The notes under the pieces are model-generated. The model made no database searches, was not told the DNA's origin, and saw only the letters and a list, made by a program, of their open reading frames with translations. The translations under genes were made by a program, and so were the position numbers. From a bacterium (GTDB taxonomy: Bacteria > Bacillota_I > Bacilli_A > RF39 > UBA660), in contig JAQXHG010000009.1 of NCBI GenBank assembly GCA_029007115.1, positions 246-64,245 of the forward strand: DNA of 64,000 bases. Direction: 5' to 3'. How positions within the stretch are numbered: the first letter of the stretch is position 1; every line of letters starts with the position of its first letter. Shown piece by piece: positions 27,074 through 35,424 of this stretch.

Positions 27074-29857
27074 ATGAAAAATAAAAAAGGCTTTGCATTT
27101 ATGGAAACAGTAATAATATTAATGGTAGTAACTTTATCACTAGCATTATTATTATCAACCTATTCTTTAATATCAAGAAAATCAAAAGAGAAAGAAAATT
27201 ATGATAAAGCATCTGATAAATACCTTTTGTATTCTGTTATGAATCTTGGCACAAATGCAAGATATAATTATAAAAGTATGTTAGATGAAAATTATATTTT
27301 AGGACCTAAAATAACACCCGATAATTGTTCGGAGTACGATGTTCTTAGAAACATATATAATGATTCAGAATTATCATCATCTAGTGAAACAAATTGTAAA
27401 AAAATATATGAAAGCATGGATATAATTGCTCTTTATTTAGTTAAAGATATAAATCAAGCATTATCATCACCACAAGCTACAGAACATTTTGATAATGGAA
27501 CAATAAATTATTTAAAAACATTAAAGAAATGTAATGATGAAGATAATAAATATATAAAAGATGGAATGGTAATAAATACTTCTGAGTATGTTTGCGATAA
27601 ACCAATAAATTATTTGGTTGGAGTATTTTATAAAAATGATGAATATTATTTTGCATCATTAGTTCTAGGAGATGAAAAACTATCTAAAAATAATGGGATA
27701 TATACAGTAAAAATAAATTATTTATATAAAGAAGATAAAAGCGTAGCTTCAGATAGTTATCAAATTGAGTTAAAAGATATAGAAAGATACAATGTTAAGT
27801 CACCAACAATAACAGGATACACCCCAGATAAAGAAGTTGTATCGGGATTTATAAATGGTGGAAATATGACAATAAATGTTGAGTATGAAGCCAATAAATA
27901 TGATTTAACACTAAATCAGCAATTTGAAAGTGGAGAAACAACAAAAGTAACTGCAACATATAATAAAACTCTTCCAAATGTATCTGTACCAAGTAGAGCA
28001 GGATATACATTTAATGGTTATTATACAGAGACTTCGGGTAAAGGAGAGAAGTATTACGATGCGAATGGCAAGAGTTCTATAATATGGGAACAAACTTCTG
28101 GTAAAACATTATATGCATCTTGGACTGTCCATACATACATGGTTAAATATAATGGAAATGGAGCAGTAGGTGGAAGTACAGCAAGCACTAATCATATATA
28201 TGATATATTTGAAAAATTAAGTAATAACGGATTTGAAAGAAACGGATATATTTTCCAAGGCTGGAATTCACAAGCAGATGGAACTGGAGAAAATTTTGCT
28301 GAAGGACAAACTGTTAAAAACTTAACAACTGCAAATAATGAAGTAGTTAACTTATATGCAATTTGGAAGCAAAAAAATGTTACTTGTGCTGAATTATCAA
28401 GTGCCGTACAATGTAATACAAACAAAACTGATAAGATGTTTAATTTTACTGGTTCGTGTGAGTATTCATGCCTTGATAATAATAAAAATATTTGGAGAAT
28501 TAAATTCAAATCTGATGGTGATTTCACTTTAGGCACTGATATGAGTTTAGATATCTTTACTGTCGGTGGTGGCGGTGGAGGTGGAACTAATTGTAGTGCC
28601 GCTCCAGGATTCTATTGCCAAGATGGCGGTGGAGGTGGCGGTGGCTACACTAAAACTTATTTGAAACAGGATATTAAAGCAGGAAAATATGAAATTAAAA
28701 TTGGAGCAGGTGGAGCTGTTACTGGAAATGGTGGTATTTCTTATTTTGGTAGCAGTAGTACTTACTTTTCAAAAGGAGGATATGGTTCTACTAGTAAAAC
28801 TGGTGGAGCAGGTGGCTCTGGTGGTGGAAGTGGATCATGTTCTTATTGTCAAGGATGGGACTGGAGTGGCTGTGTAAATTTTGGTTCTGAACATGGTAGT
28901 GGCGGAAGATTTGGTTCAAATGGTTCAGGATGTAGCAGTGCCTCTGGAGGTGCTGGGCAAAAATATACAACATGTGAATTTGGACTTGGTACAAATTCAG
29001 GCTGTTATGGTGTAACCGAATATTCTCGAGGAGGAATTGGAAGTCCAGTTGTTGCTAATAGTGGAAATGGTGGTGATATTGGAGGCGTTGGTTCATCAGG
29101 AACAGTAGTTATTAGAAATAATCTTATTTATGATATTGTTATCAATGGAAATTTAATTGGAACTTATACAGGATCTTTTGATATTATAAATGAAGACGCT
29201 AATAATTGGAAAATAAAATTCTTATCAAGTGGAGAATTAGTTTTAAAAACCTCACTTAATGTGGATTTATTCCTAGTTGGTGGTGGAGGTGGTGGTGGCA
29301 ACACTTGCACTACTACATCAGCAGGGACATATTGTCAATCAGGAGGTGGAGGTGGAGGCGGTTATACCAAAACTTATAAAAATCAAACGATTACTGCAGG
29401 AACTTATAAAATAGAAATAGGTGATGGAGGATTCCTTGGAGATAATGGAAAAGCCACATACTTTGGTTCTACGAGTACTTATTATGCAGCTGGTGGTTCT
29501 GGCGCTACAAACAATGGAGGAAATGGTGGCTCTGGTGGTGGAAGTGGTTCGTGTGCTGTTTGTCAAGGAACAGACTGGAGTGGATGTGTCAATTTTGGCT
29601 CTCTAAATGGTAGTGGTGGAAAATTTGGTGGCTATGGTACCGGGTGTAGCACTTCTCTAGGTAGTGCCTCTGGAGGTGCTGGCCAAAATTATACGACATG
29701 TGAATTTGGACTTGGTACGACTTTTTCATGTAATACTGGAATTACTGCTTATGCGCAAGGTGGAATGGGTGCTCCATCAATCGCAAACAGTGGAAATGGT
29801 GGTAATGTTGGCGGTTCTGGAAATTCAGGAATTTTAATCATTAGGAATAAGCGTTAA
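27074..29857 (+). CDS. Large modular protein with a type IV prepilin-like N-terminus, a MucBP-like module, two Listeria-Bacteroides repeats and two glycine-rich modules
   Basis: MKNKKG|FAFMETVIILMVV has Gly at -1, Phe at +1 and Glu at +5 followed by a hydrophobic helix. Adhesin-type modules are ITGYTPDKEVVSGFINGGNMTINVEY, GYTFNGYYT..LYASW and GYIFQGWNSQADGTG..LYAIW. The Gly-rich signature VGGGGGGG...GGGGGGGYTKTY...GAGG occurs twice. Confidence 0.85.
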   Translation: MKNKKGFAFMETVIILMVVTLSLALLLSTYSLISRKSKEKENYDKASDKYLLYSVMNLGTNARYNYKSMLDENYILGPKITPDNCSEYDVLRNIYNDSELSSSSETNCKKIYESMDIIALYLVKDINQALSSPQATEHFDNGTINYLKTLKKCNDEDNKYIKDGMVINTSEYVCDKPINYLVGVFYKNDEYYFASLVLGDEKLSKNNGIYTVKINYLYKEDKSVASDSYQIELKDIERYNVKSPTITGYTPDKEVVSGFINGGNMTINVEYEANKYDLTLNQQFESGETTKVTATYNKTLPNVSVPSRAGYTFNGYYTETSGKGEKYYDANGKSSIIWEQTSGKTLYASWTVHTYMVKYNGNGAVGGSTASTNHIYDIFEKLSNNGFERNGYIFQGWNSQADGTGENFAEGQTVKNLTTANNEVVNLYAIWKQKNVTCAELSSAVQCNTNKTDKMFNFTGSCEYSCLDNNKNIWRIKFKSDGDFTLGTDMSLDIFTVGGGGGGGTNCSAAPGFYCQDGGGGGGGYTKTYLKQDIKAGKYEIKIGAGGAVTGNGGISYFGSSSTYFSKGGYGSTSKTGGAGGSGGGSGSCSYCQGWDWSGCVNFGSEHGSGGRFGSNGSGCSSASGGAGQKYTTCEFGLGTNSGCYGVTEYSRGGIGSPVVANSGNGGDIGGVGSSGTVVIRNNLIYDIVINGNLIGTYTGSFDIINEDANNWKIKFLSSGELVLKTSLNVDLFLVGGGGGGGNTCTTTSAGTYCQSGGGGGGGYTKTYKNQTITAGTYKIEIGDGGFLGDNGKATYFGSTSTYYAAGGSGATNNGGNGGSGGGSGSCAVCQGTDWSGCVNFGSLNGSGGKFGGYGTGCSTSLGSASGGAGQNYTTCEFGLGTTFSCNTGITAYAQGGMGAPSIANSGNGGNVGGSGNSGILIIRNKR
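28487..29854 (+). repeat. In-frame tandem duplication (period 714 nt, 238 aa) encoding the Gly-rich, Cys-bearing module
   Basis: Copy 1 spans ~28487-29122 and copy 2 ~29201-29854. A 23-nt identical core GGTGGCTCTGGTGGTGGAAGTGG sits at 28811 and 29525. ACATGTGAATTTGGACTTGGTAC also occurs in both copies. Confidence 0.85.
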
Positions 29858-29864
29858 TAAAATT

Positions 29865-29901
29865 AAAACTATTATATTGATTCATTCAATATAATAGTTT
29901 T
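29865..29901 (+). terminator. Strong intrinsic terminator
   Basis: A 16-bp perfect stem joins AAAACTATTATATTGA and TCAATATAATAGTTTT around loop TTCAT. Confidence 0.8.
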
Positions 29902-30182
29902 TAATATTTATTGTAAATTAAAATTAATAAAAGAATAATATTAGTGATAATTAAAAATATATAAGTGATGAATATATTTTTAAACTAATGGCTTTTAATA
30001 TGAATATGTTGAAACTTAAATTTAAATCAATATTAATAATACTTTAATCTATATTGTTTTTATTTTTTTAAATAGTAAAAGATTTAAAAATAAATTATAG
30101 TTAGTAAATATTTTGTATCTTAGTATTTTATGATAAAATTGATATAAGAAATAAATAATAATTTAAAAGGAGTTATATAAAT

Positions 30183-30713
30183 ATGGATATACTAGAAAAA
30201 ATAATTCCAAGAGGAAGAGAAGATTACAAATGTTATGATTTAATTAAATATATAATATCTACTAATAAAGATTATAAAAAAATAATAGAAAATGGTCTTA
30301 TTTTAGATAAAATTAAACCATTTGATGAAGAATTATTGCAAAAATTTAATATGTTAAATATTAGATGGCCTGTAAAAGATATTGATGAGGTTCTATTTCT
30401 AGGTGGTAATATAGGAGGGTGTACTACTATGGCTCATCAATTAAGTTTTATAATTGATAAAAGTTATAAATGTGCTGGATTTTTGCCAATATTAGCTGGT
30501 ACAAAGAATTGTAATGATGGAACTCATACTTGGGTAGAAAGTCCAGATGGATGGATATATGATACATCATTAATGCTTATAATTCATAAATCATATAAGA
30601 ATGAAATGGGATATAAAGAAAATATAAGAGAGGCGTATGATAAATTAAAATTTTATTCAGAACAAAAGGAATTTGCTTTAGATGATAGTTTAATGAGTCA
30701 TCAAAAAAAATAA
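30183..30713 (+). CDS. Transglutaminase-like or papain-like cysteine peptidase-fold protein (cytoplasmic, 176 aa)
   Basis: A candidate Cys-His-Asp triad lies in GGCTTMAH ... GTHTWVESPDGWIYDTS. There is no signal peptide. Confidence 0.55.
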   Translation: MDILEKIIPRGREDYKCYDLIKYIISTNKDYKKIIENGLILDKIKPFDEELLQKFNMLNIRWPVKDIDEVLFLGGNIGGCTTMAHQLSFIIDKSYKCAGFLPILAGTKNCNDGTHTWVESPDGWIYDTSLMLIIHKSYKNEMGYKENIREAYDKLKFYSEQKEFALDDSLMSHQKK

Positions 30714-30787
30714 TTTAATATTAAGTATATTGAAAATATATATTTTTTATTGTACAATATGCTTAAATTTTCTTGAAGGGGAATATT

Positions 30788-31462
30788 ATGAATAGAAATA
30801 TTAAAAATAAATTAGTAGCATATGGATTAACTCTTGCTAGTGTTATAAGTTTAAATGGGTGTGCAAGAAAAATTAATTGTAATATTGAAGAAAATCATGT
30901 TCATTTATATAAGTCAGACAATGGAATAGTAAAATATGATTCATCAGAATTAGATGTTTTACCTAGTAATTATTATAGAACTGATATTACTTTTAATGTT
31001 ACTCCTTATGAGCGTAGTTATTTTAATTATTTAAGTGATAATGGTTTTATTCATATCGAAACTAATTATGATTTGCTTAAAAAATATTTTCCTAAATTAC
31101 CAGATTATACTGAATATGAATATTCATATGAAGAATTAACAAATAGTAAAGAAATAAGAGATGAAAATGGTGATATTGTTGAAGTTGTTAATAAGTATGG
31201 AATAAAATATGATTGGATAAAAATACCAAAAGATGAAAATTTAACAGGAAAAGAAAGAACTATTACATATGCATATAGGGGATATAAAATATATTTTGAT
31301 GAAAGACAAAAGAAATTTTATTATGAACTTAGTGGATATTATGATACATTAGATGATTTAATTAAAGATGGATATACTCATATTAAAATTAATACATTTG
31401 TAAGACAAGTGGATAAAAATGATGTGATATCTTTAAGTGATGAAATAACTTTAACTAAATAA
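30788..31462 (+). CDS. Lipoprotein of unknown function
   Basis: Lipobox LNGC in LTLASVISLNGCARK. The ATG at 30788 follows GAAGGGGA; the TTG at 30773 is rejected. Confidence 0.7.
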   Translation: MNRNIKNKLVAYGLTLASVISLNGCARKINCNIEENHVHLYKSDNGIVKYDSSELDVLPSNYYRTDITFNVTPYERSYFNYLSDNGFIHIETNYDLLKKYFPKLPDYTEYEYSYEELTNSKEIRDENGDIVEVVNKYGIKYDWIKIPKDENLTGKERTITYAYRGYKIYFDERQKKFYYELSGYYDTLDDLIKDGYTHIKINTFVRQVDKNDVISLSDEITLTK

Positions 31463-31488
31463 AAATTACGATTACTCGTAATTTTTTT
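31461..31488. terminator. Bidirectional terminator between convergent genes
   Basis: AAAAATTACGA, loop TTAC, TCGTAATTTTT. Confidence 0.65.
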
Positions 31489-33520
31489 GATTGTAAATGA
31501 TTAAATGATGTTGGCTTCTAGTACATGTAACATAATATAAATATCTTTCTTCATATGTATATGTATTATTTTTTTCTGTATAGCATATAGTAGCATCAAA
31601 TTCTAAACCTTTAGCCATATAAGATGGTAACACAACTAAGTCTCTTTTAAACGTTTTAGAATTATTACTTATAAGAGTAAGATTAGTTAAATCTTTATTT
31701 AGTAATTTAAATATTTTATTTGCTTCTATATCATTTTTTGTAATTATTGCAATACTTTTATTATTTTCTTTTAATTTATTTATATCACTTATTAATTGTT
31801 CTTTTAAATTATTTTCACTTCTAAATTCAACTGGTATTTTATTTTCTCTTCTAATAGCAGAAACTAAATTTAAACCTAATATTTTATTAGTGTGTTCTAT
31901 TATTTCTGGACTAGATCTATATGTTTTATTAAGTTCTAAGTAATTAGTACCATCTGTGAATACATTTTTTAATTCTTCTAATGACTCATATTGATAATAT
32001 GGATTAATAGTTTGGTTGATATCTCCGAGTATTGTAAATTTACTTTTTTTAAGTATTTTCTTTAAAAGTATATATTGAAGTATATTATAATCTTGTGCTT
32101 CATCAATAATTGTTTGTTCTATTGTATAGTCATTACCTAAAAACATAAGTAAGCTTTTCATATATACAAATAGACATGCATCTTCAAATGATATAGATTT
32201 TTCATCTAGTTTTTTAATATATGATTCAGGTAATTCTTTAGTATATGTGTCTATAAATTCTTTACTTTTGTAAAAGCCTTTATAAATTTCTTTAAAATCT
32301 AATGATATATTTAATATCTCTTTTAGCCATTTTTTTATTTGTCTTGCTTTTGATTTATTGTTATTAAACTGCTGTTCTGATATCTTATCAGCAATCGCAT
32401 CTATTCTTTCTAATAGAGGTAAAGAAGAGTAACGATATTGTAACATTTTGTTTAAATCATCTTTACTCATATATAAATCTCTATTAAAAATGTCATTAGT
32501 AAATATTGCTTTTTTTGTATAATTTTCTATGTATTTTTCTAATATGTTTATTATTTTATTTGATTGTTTAAATTTAATTAAATCAACATAACCTTCTTCA
32601 TATTTATAATATCTTTCTATAAATGATGTAAATGTTTCAATTGATTTATATTCTTTAATATAAGTTTCTAAAAAATCACTAAATGTTGTTTCTTTTGTAT
32701 TTTCTTCCCCAAGTTCAGGAAGAACATTTGATATATATTCACTAAATACTTTATTTGGTGCGAATATTAATACTTTATCACTAGTTAAATTTTTAATTTT
32801 ATAAAGTAGAAATGCTATACGATGTAGAGCAACTGATGTTTTACCAGAACCTGCGATACCTTGTACTATTAAATTTTTATCTTTTACATTTCTTATAATA
32901 GCATTTTGTTCGCTTTGAATAGTATTAACTATATTTTTCATATATTCGTTTGTTTTATTAGCAAGTACTTCTTGTAATAATTCATCTTGAACATTAAGTT
33001 TTGAATCAAATACTCTTTTTATTTTACTATCTTCTATAGTAAATTGTCTTTTATTATGAAGATATCCTTTTATTATTCCACCTGGGGCACTGTATTCGCA
33101 ATTACCCGATTCATAATCGTAAAATATACTAGCTATAGGACTTCTCCAATCATAAATAATATTTTCGTTATTACTTTTAGTTAAATAAGTAAGTCCAATA
33201 TAAATATCATTAATCTCGTTATCACTTTCAAAGACTATTTTGGCAAAGTAGGGTGAATTTTGTATTTTGTATAATTTTTTGTAATATTTTGCTTTCATTT
33301 CAAGATTATCTATTTCTTGATTATTATTAGACATTATAGTTTTCATTTCGGTTGGATCTAATTCACTTTTAGTATCCCAAATATACTTTTTAAATTCTCT
33401 TTGTTTTTCTTCATTATCATATAAGTCTTGTGCTAAATCTGATATGTTTTTTCTTAAAAGTTTAGTAGTTAAATCAAGATGTTTTTTTTCTTTTTGAAAT
33501 TCTTCTTCACTTAAATTCAT
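31472..33520 (-). CDS. helD: UvrD-like superfamily 1 helicase of the HelD (helicase IV) type
   Basis: Walker A GIAGSGKTS, IIDEAQDY and C-terminal YVTCTRSQHHL. The long N-terminal coiled region is typical of HelD. Confidence 0.8.
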   Translation of the reverse strand: MNLSEEEFQKEKKHLDLTTKLLRKNISDLAQDLYDNEEKQREFKKYIWDTKSELDPTEMKTIMSNNNQEIDNLEMKAKYYKKLYKIQNSPYFAKIVFESDNEINDIYIGLTYLTKSNNENIIYDWRSPIASIFYDYESGNCEYSAPGGIIKGYLHNKRQFTIEDSKIKRVFDSKLNVQDELLQEVLANKTNEYMKNIVNTIQSEQNAIIRNVKDKNLIVQGIAGSGKTSVALHRIAFLLYKIKNLTSDKVLIFAPNKVFSEYISNVLPELGEENTKETTFSDFLETYIKEYKSIETFTSFIERYYKYEEGYVDLIKFKQSNKIINILEKYIENYTKKAIFTNDIFNRDLYMSKDDLNKMLQYRYSSLPLLERIDAIADKISEQQFNNNKSKARQIKKWLKEILNISLDFKEIYKGFYKSKEFIDTYTKELPESYIKKLDEKSISFEDACLFVYMKSLLMFLGNDYTIEQTIIDEAQDYNILQYILLKKILKKSKFTILGDINQTINPYYQYESLEELKNVFTDGTNYLELNKTYRSSPEIIEHTNKILGLNLVSAIRRENKIPVEFRSENNLKEQLISDINKLKENNKSIAIITKNDIEANKIFKLLNKDLTNLTLISNNSKTFKRDLVVLPSYMAKGLEFDATICYTEKNNTYTYEERYLYYVTCTRSQHHLIIYNQKNYE

Positions 33521-33636
33521 TATATCCTCCTATAAATTAAGTGTTACATCTTTTAAAATATTAACAGTATGTTAGTAATACTATCAGAAAATTAAATAGT
33601 TGTCAATTAATAATAGGTAAAAATAGAATTTGTATA

Positions 33637-33665
33637 TTGAATTTAAATAAAAAAGATGTTAATAT
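33637..33665 (+). promoter_or_regulatory. Putative sigma-A promoter of the adhesin gene
   Basis: TTGAAT, 17-nt spacer, TAATAT. Confidence 0.5.
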
Positions 33666-33690
33666 TGATATATATGATAGGAGATGAAAT

Positions 33691-35259
33691 ATGAAAAAAA
33701 TAGTAAAAGCTTTATTGGTATTATTTGCTCTAGTTTTCTGTTTTACATTTGTTAATGCGGCTGATTCTAAACCAACAACAGCCAAGGCGCCAGAGACACT
33801 ACCTGCTACTAATGAAACTGTACAAGCAGTATTAGATGAACCATTTGATTATAGTAAAATATCTTTTTCATCAAGTGATGGTCAAACAACAATTACTGGA
33901 CGATCAATTATGAGAAAAATTATGATAACTCTAACACCAAATGCATCTGGAAATACAATAGAGGAAAAATTAGGAGATAGTTGGTTTACTGTATATTGCC
34001 TTGATGGAGAACTTAAATTTCCACTATATAGTTATACTAATTTTGAATTTAGTGAAAGCGCATCAGATGAATTAAAATTACAACAAGTTATGATGTTTGC
34101 ATTATTTAATAATGGAAGTTTTAGAGATGCTTTTCTTAAAGCAAAAGGAATGATAATGGATCCTACAATTAATTATCAATTATCTGCAGATAAGACTTCA
34201 ACTTCAGTTTTAGCGGCAATAGATGCTGGTGAGGAAGTAACAGTAACTTTAAATAGTATTGTATATGTAGATGCAGAAACATTGAATACTATTACAATTA
34301 CACCTGCTGATTTAACTGGTAATGCATCAGATACGACATATTCTTTAGTACTTAAAAAAGAAAATATGATGTTTGATAATTATTATGCAAAATTATTAGA
34401 TAATAAAAATTATACTCATGCATTATGGATTATTGAACATAGCTATCCAACTTTAGATATTAGGACTTCACTAATGATGGCAGATGCTAGTTATACTAAC
34501 TTAATAACTGAAATTAAAGCATTACATCAAGAATTGTCTTTAACTGATGAAGAATGGGAAAAATTAACTGAAAATTATGTATATTCAACTGTTCAATATG
34601 CTATATGGAGAGTTAATAATAGTATTACTGATGGAAATGCCAAACTTGGTAATGAATTAATAGGAAGTAGTGAACTTAATAAGTTATATCAATATTTAAT
34701 TAAAGATAGAAGTGAATATGAAGGATATTATGATAAACAATTTACAAATACTTTGGACTTAAAAAAACCAGATTCAAAGAAAGAAATATTCTCCGAAACT
34801 AAAGATTATTATGTTTATGGTCCATATTCAGTAGAATATAGTCTTATATCTTTAGATAGAGTAGATATAAGTATTGATGGACTTACAAGTGATAAAGCTA
34901 GTTTAGTTGACGAATCAGGAGCTACTCTTACATCAATAACACCAAATCAAAATTTCTATATTAAGGTAGCTAAGAATGCAAAAATTGCTAATCTTAAAGT
35001 TAATTTATCAACACAAAATGCATTAACTTTTTTCCCATCAACTAATAGAGGAAGAATTTATACAGCATATTATCCATTAGTTCAAAATGTTGTATCTGGT
35101 GGTAAAATTGTTAATACTGATATTTCTAAATCTGTTGATATAATATTTAATCCAAAAACAGGTGTTGAAGACATTGCAGTGTTATTTGCAATAACATTAG
35201 TGGCATTTTCAATTGGATATTTAGCGTTAGTATTTAAAAGTAAACCTGTTAAATTTTAA
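33691..35259 (+). CDS. Cell-wall-anchored thioester-domain (TQXA-type) surface adhesin with an NPKTG sorting signal
   Basis: Signal peptide ..FVNA|AD. Cys103 lies in FTVYCLDG and Gln302 in STVQYAIW. NPKTG (35149-35163) is followed by a TM segment and a KSK tail. Confidence 0.8.
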   Translation: MKKIVKALLVLFALVFCFTFVNAADSKPTTAKAPETLPATNETVQAVLDEPFDYSKISFSSSDGQTTITGRSIMRKIMITLTPNASGNTIEEKLGDSWFTVYCLDGELKFPLYSYTNFEFSESASDELKLQQVMMFALFNNGSFRDAFLKAKGMIMDPTINYQLSADKTSTSVLAAIDAGEEVTVTLNSIVYVDAETLNTITITPADLTGNASDTTYSLVLKKENMMFDNYYAKLLDNKNYTHALWIIEHSYPTLDIRTSLMMADASYTNLITEIKALHQELSLTDEEWEKLTENYVYSTVQYAIWRVNNSITDGNAKLGNELIGSSELNKLYQYLIKDRSEYEGYYDKQFTNTLDLKKPDSKKEIFSETKDYYVYGPYSVEYSLISLDRVDISIDGLTSDKASLVDESGATLTSITPNQNFYIKVAKNAKIANLKVNLSTQNALTFFPSTNRGRIYTAYYPLVQNVVSGGKIVNTDISKSVDIIFNPKTGVEDIAVLFAITLVAFSIGYLALVFKSKPVKF

Positions 35260-35284
35260 TTATTTATTATATCTTAAATTATTT

Positions 35285-35313
35285 AAGGCATGTCATATGG
35301 ACATGTCTTTTTA
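35285..35313 (+). terminator. Intrinsic terminator
   Basis: AAGGCATGTC, loop ATATG, GACATGTCTT (one G-U pair), then TTTT. Confidence 0.6.
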
Positions 35314-35345
35314 CATGATTTTTACATAAAAAAAGAAAAAGGGTA

Positions 35346-35374
35346 TTTACAAATCATTTTAAAAATAGTAATAT
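35346..35374 (+). promoter_or_regulatory. Putative dcw (mraZ) promoter
   Basis: TTTACA, 17-nt spacer, TAATAT. Confidence 0.55.
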
Positions 35375-35409
35375 AGTGGTAGGGAGTGAAACGAAGTGGT
35401 AGAAAGTGG
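35373..35409 (+). promoter_or_regulatory. MraZ operator: four direct heptamer boxes at a 10-nt period
   Basis: ATAGTGG-tag-GGAGTGA-aac-GAAGTGG-tag-AAAGTGG lies immediately downstream of the -10 element. Confidence 0.6.
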
Positions 35410-35424
35410 GGTGCATTGTGGTTT

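Noticed and set aside
28560-29360. GGT/GGA/GGC runs considered as a microsatellite or phase-variation tract.
   Set aside because: The codons are mixed (GGT GGC GGA interleaved) and not a pure repeat unit. Slipped-strand phase variation is therefore unlikely, and recombination between the two 714-nt copies is the more plausible variability mechanism.
27477-29606. Seven 60-114-aa ORFs from the track lie inside the 927-aa gene, antisense or in alternate frames: 27477-27659, 27911-28093, 28192-28536, 28689-28877, 28791-28994, 29339-29566 and 29421-29606.
   Set aside because: All lie wholly within a long, well-supported CDS. They arise from the stop-poor GGN/NCC-rich repeats. They have no SD and their compositions are implausible.
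27074-29857. Interpretation of the glycine-rich gene as a prophage tail-fibre gene.
   Set aside because: There are no phage structural, integrase, terminase or lysis genes anywhere nearby. The flanks are tuf and cellular genes. The N-terminus is a prepilin-type signal rather than a tail-fibre attachment domain.
35386-35424. Upstream GTG start for mraZ.
   Set aside because: It lies inside the MraZ operator repeats. MraZ proteins begin M(F/L)(M/L)GEY, which matches the ATG at 35425.
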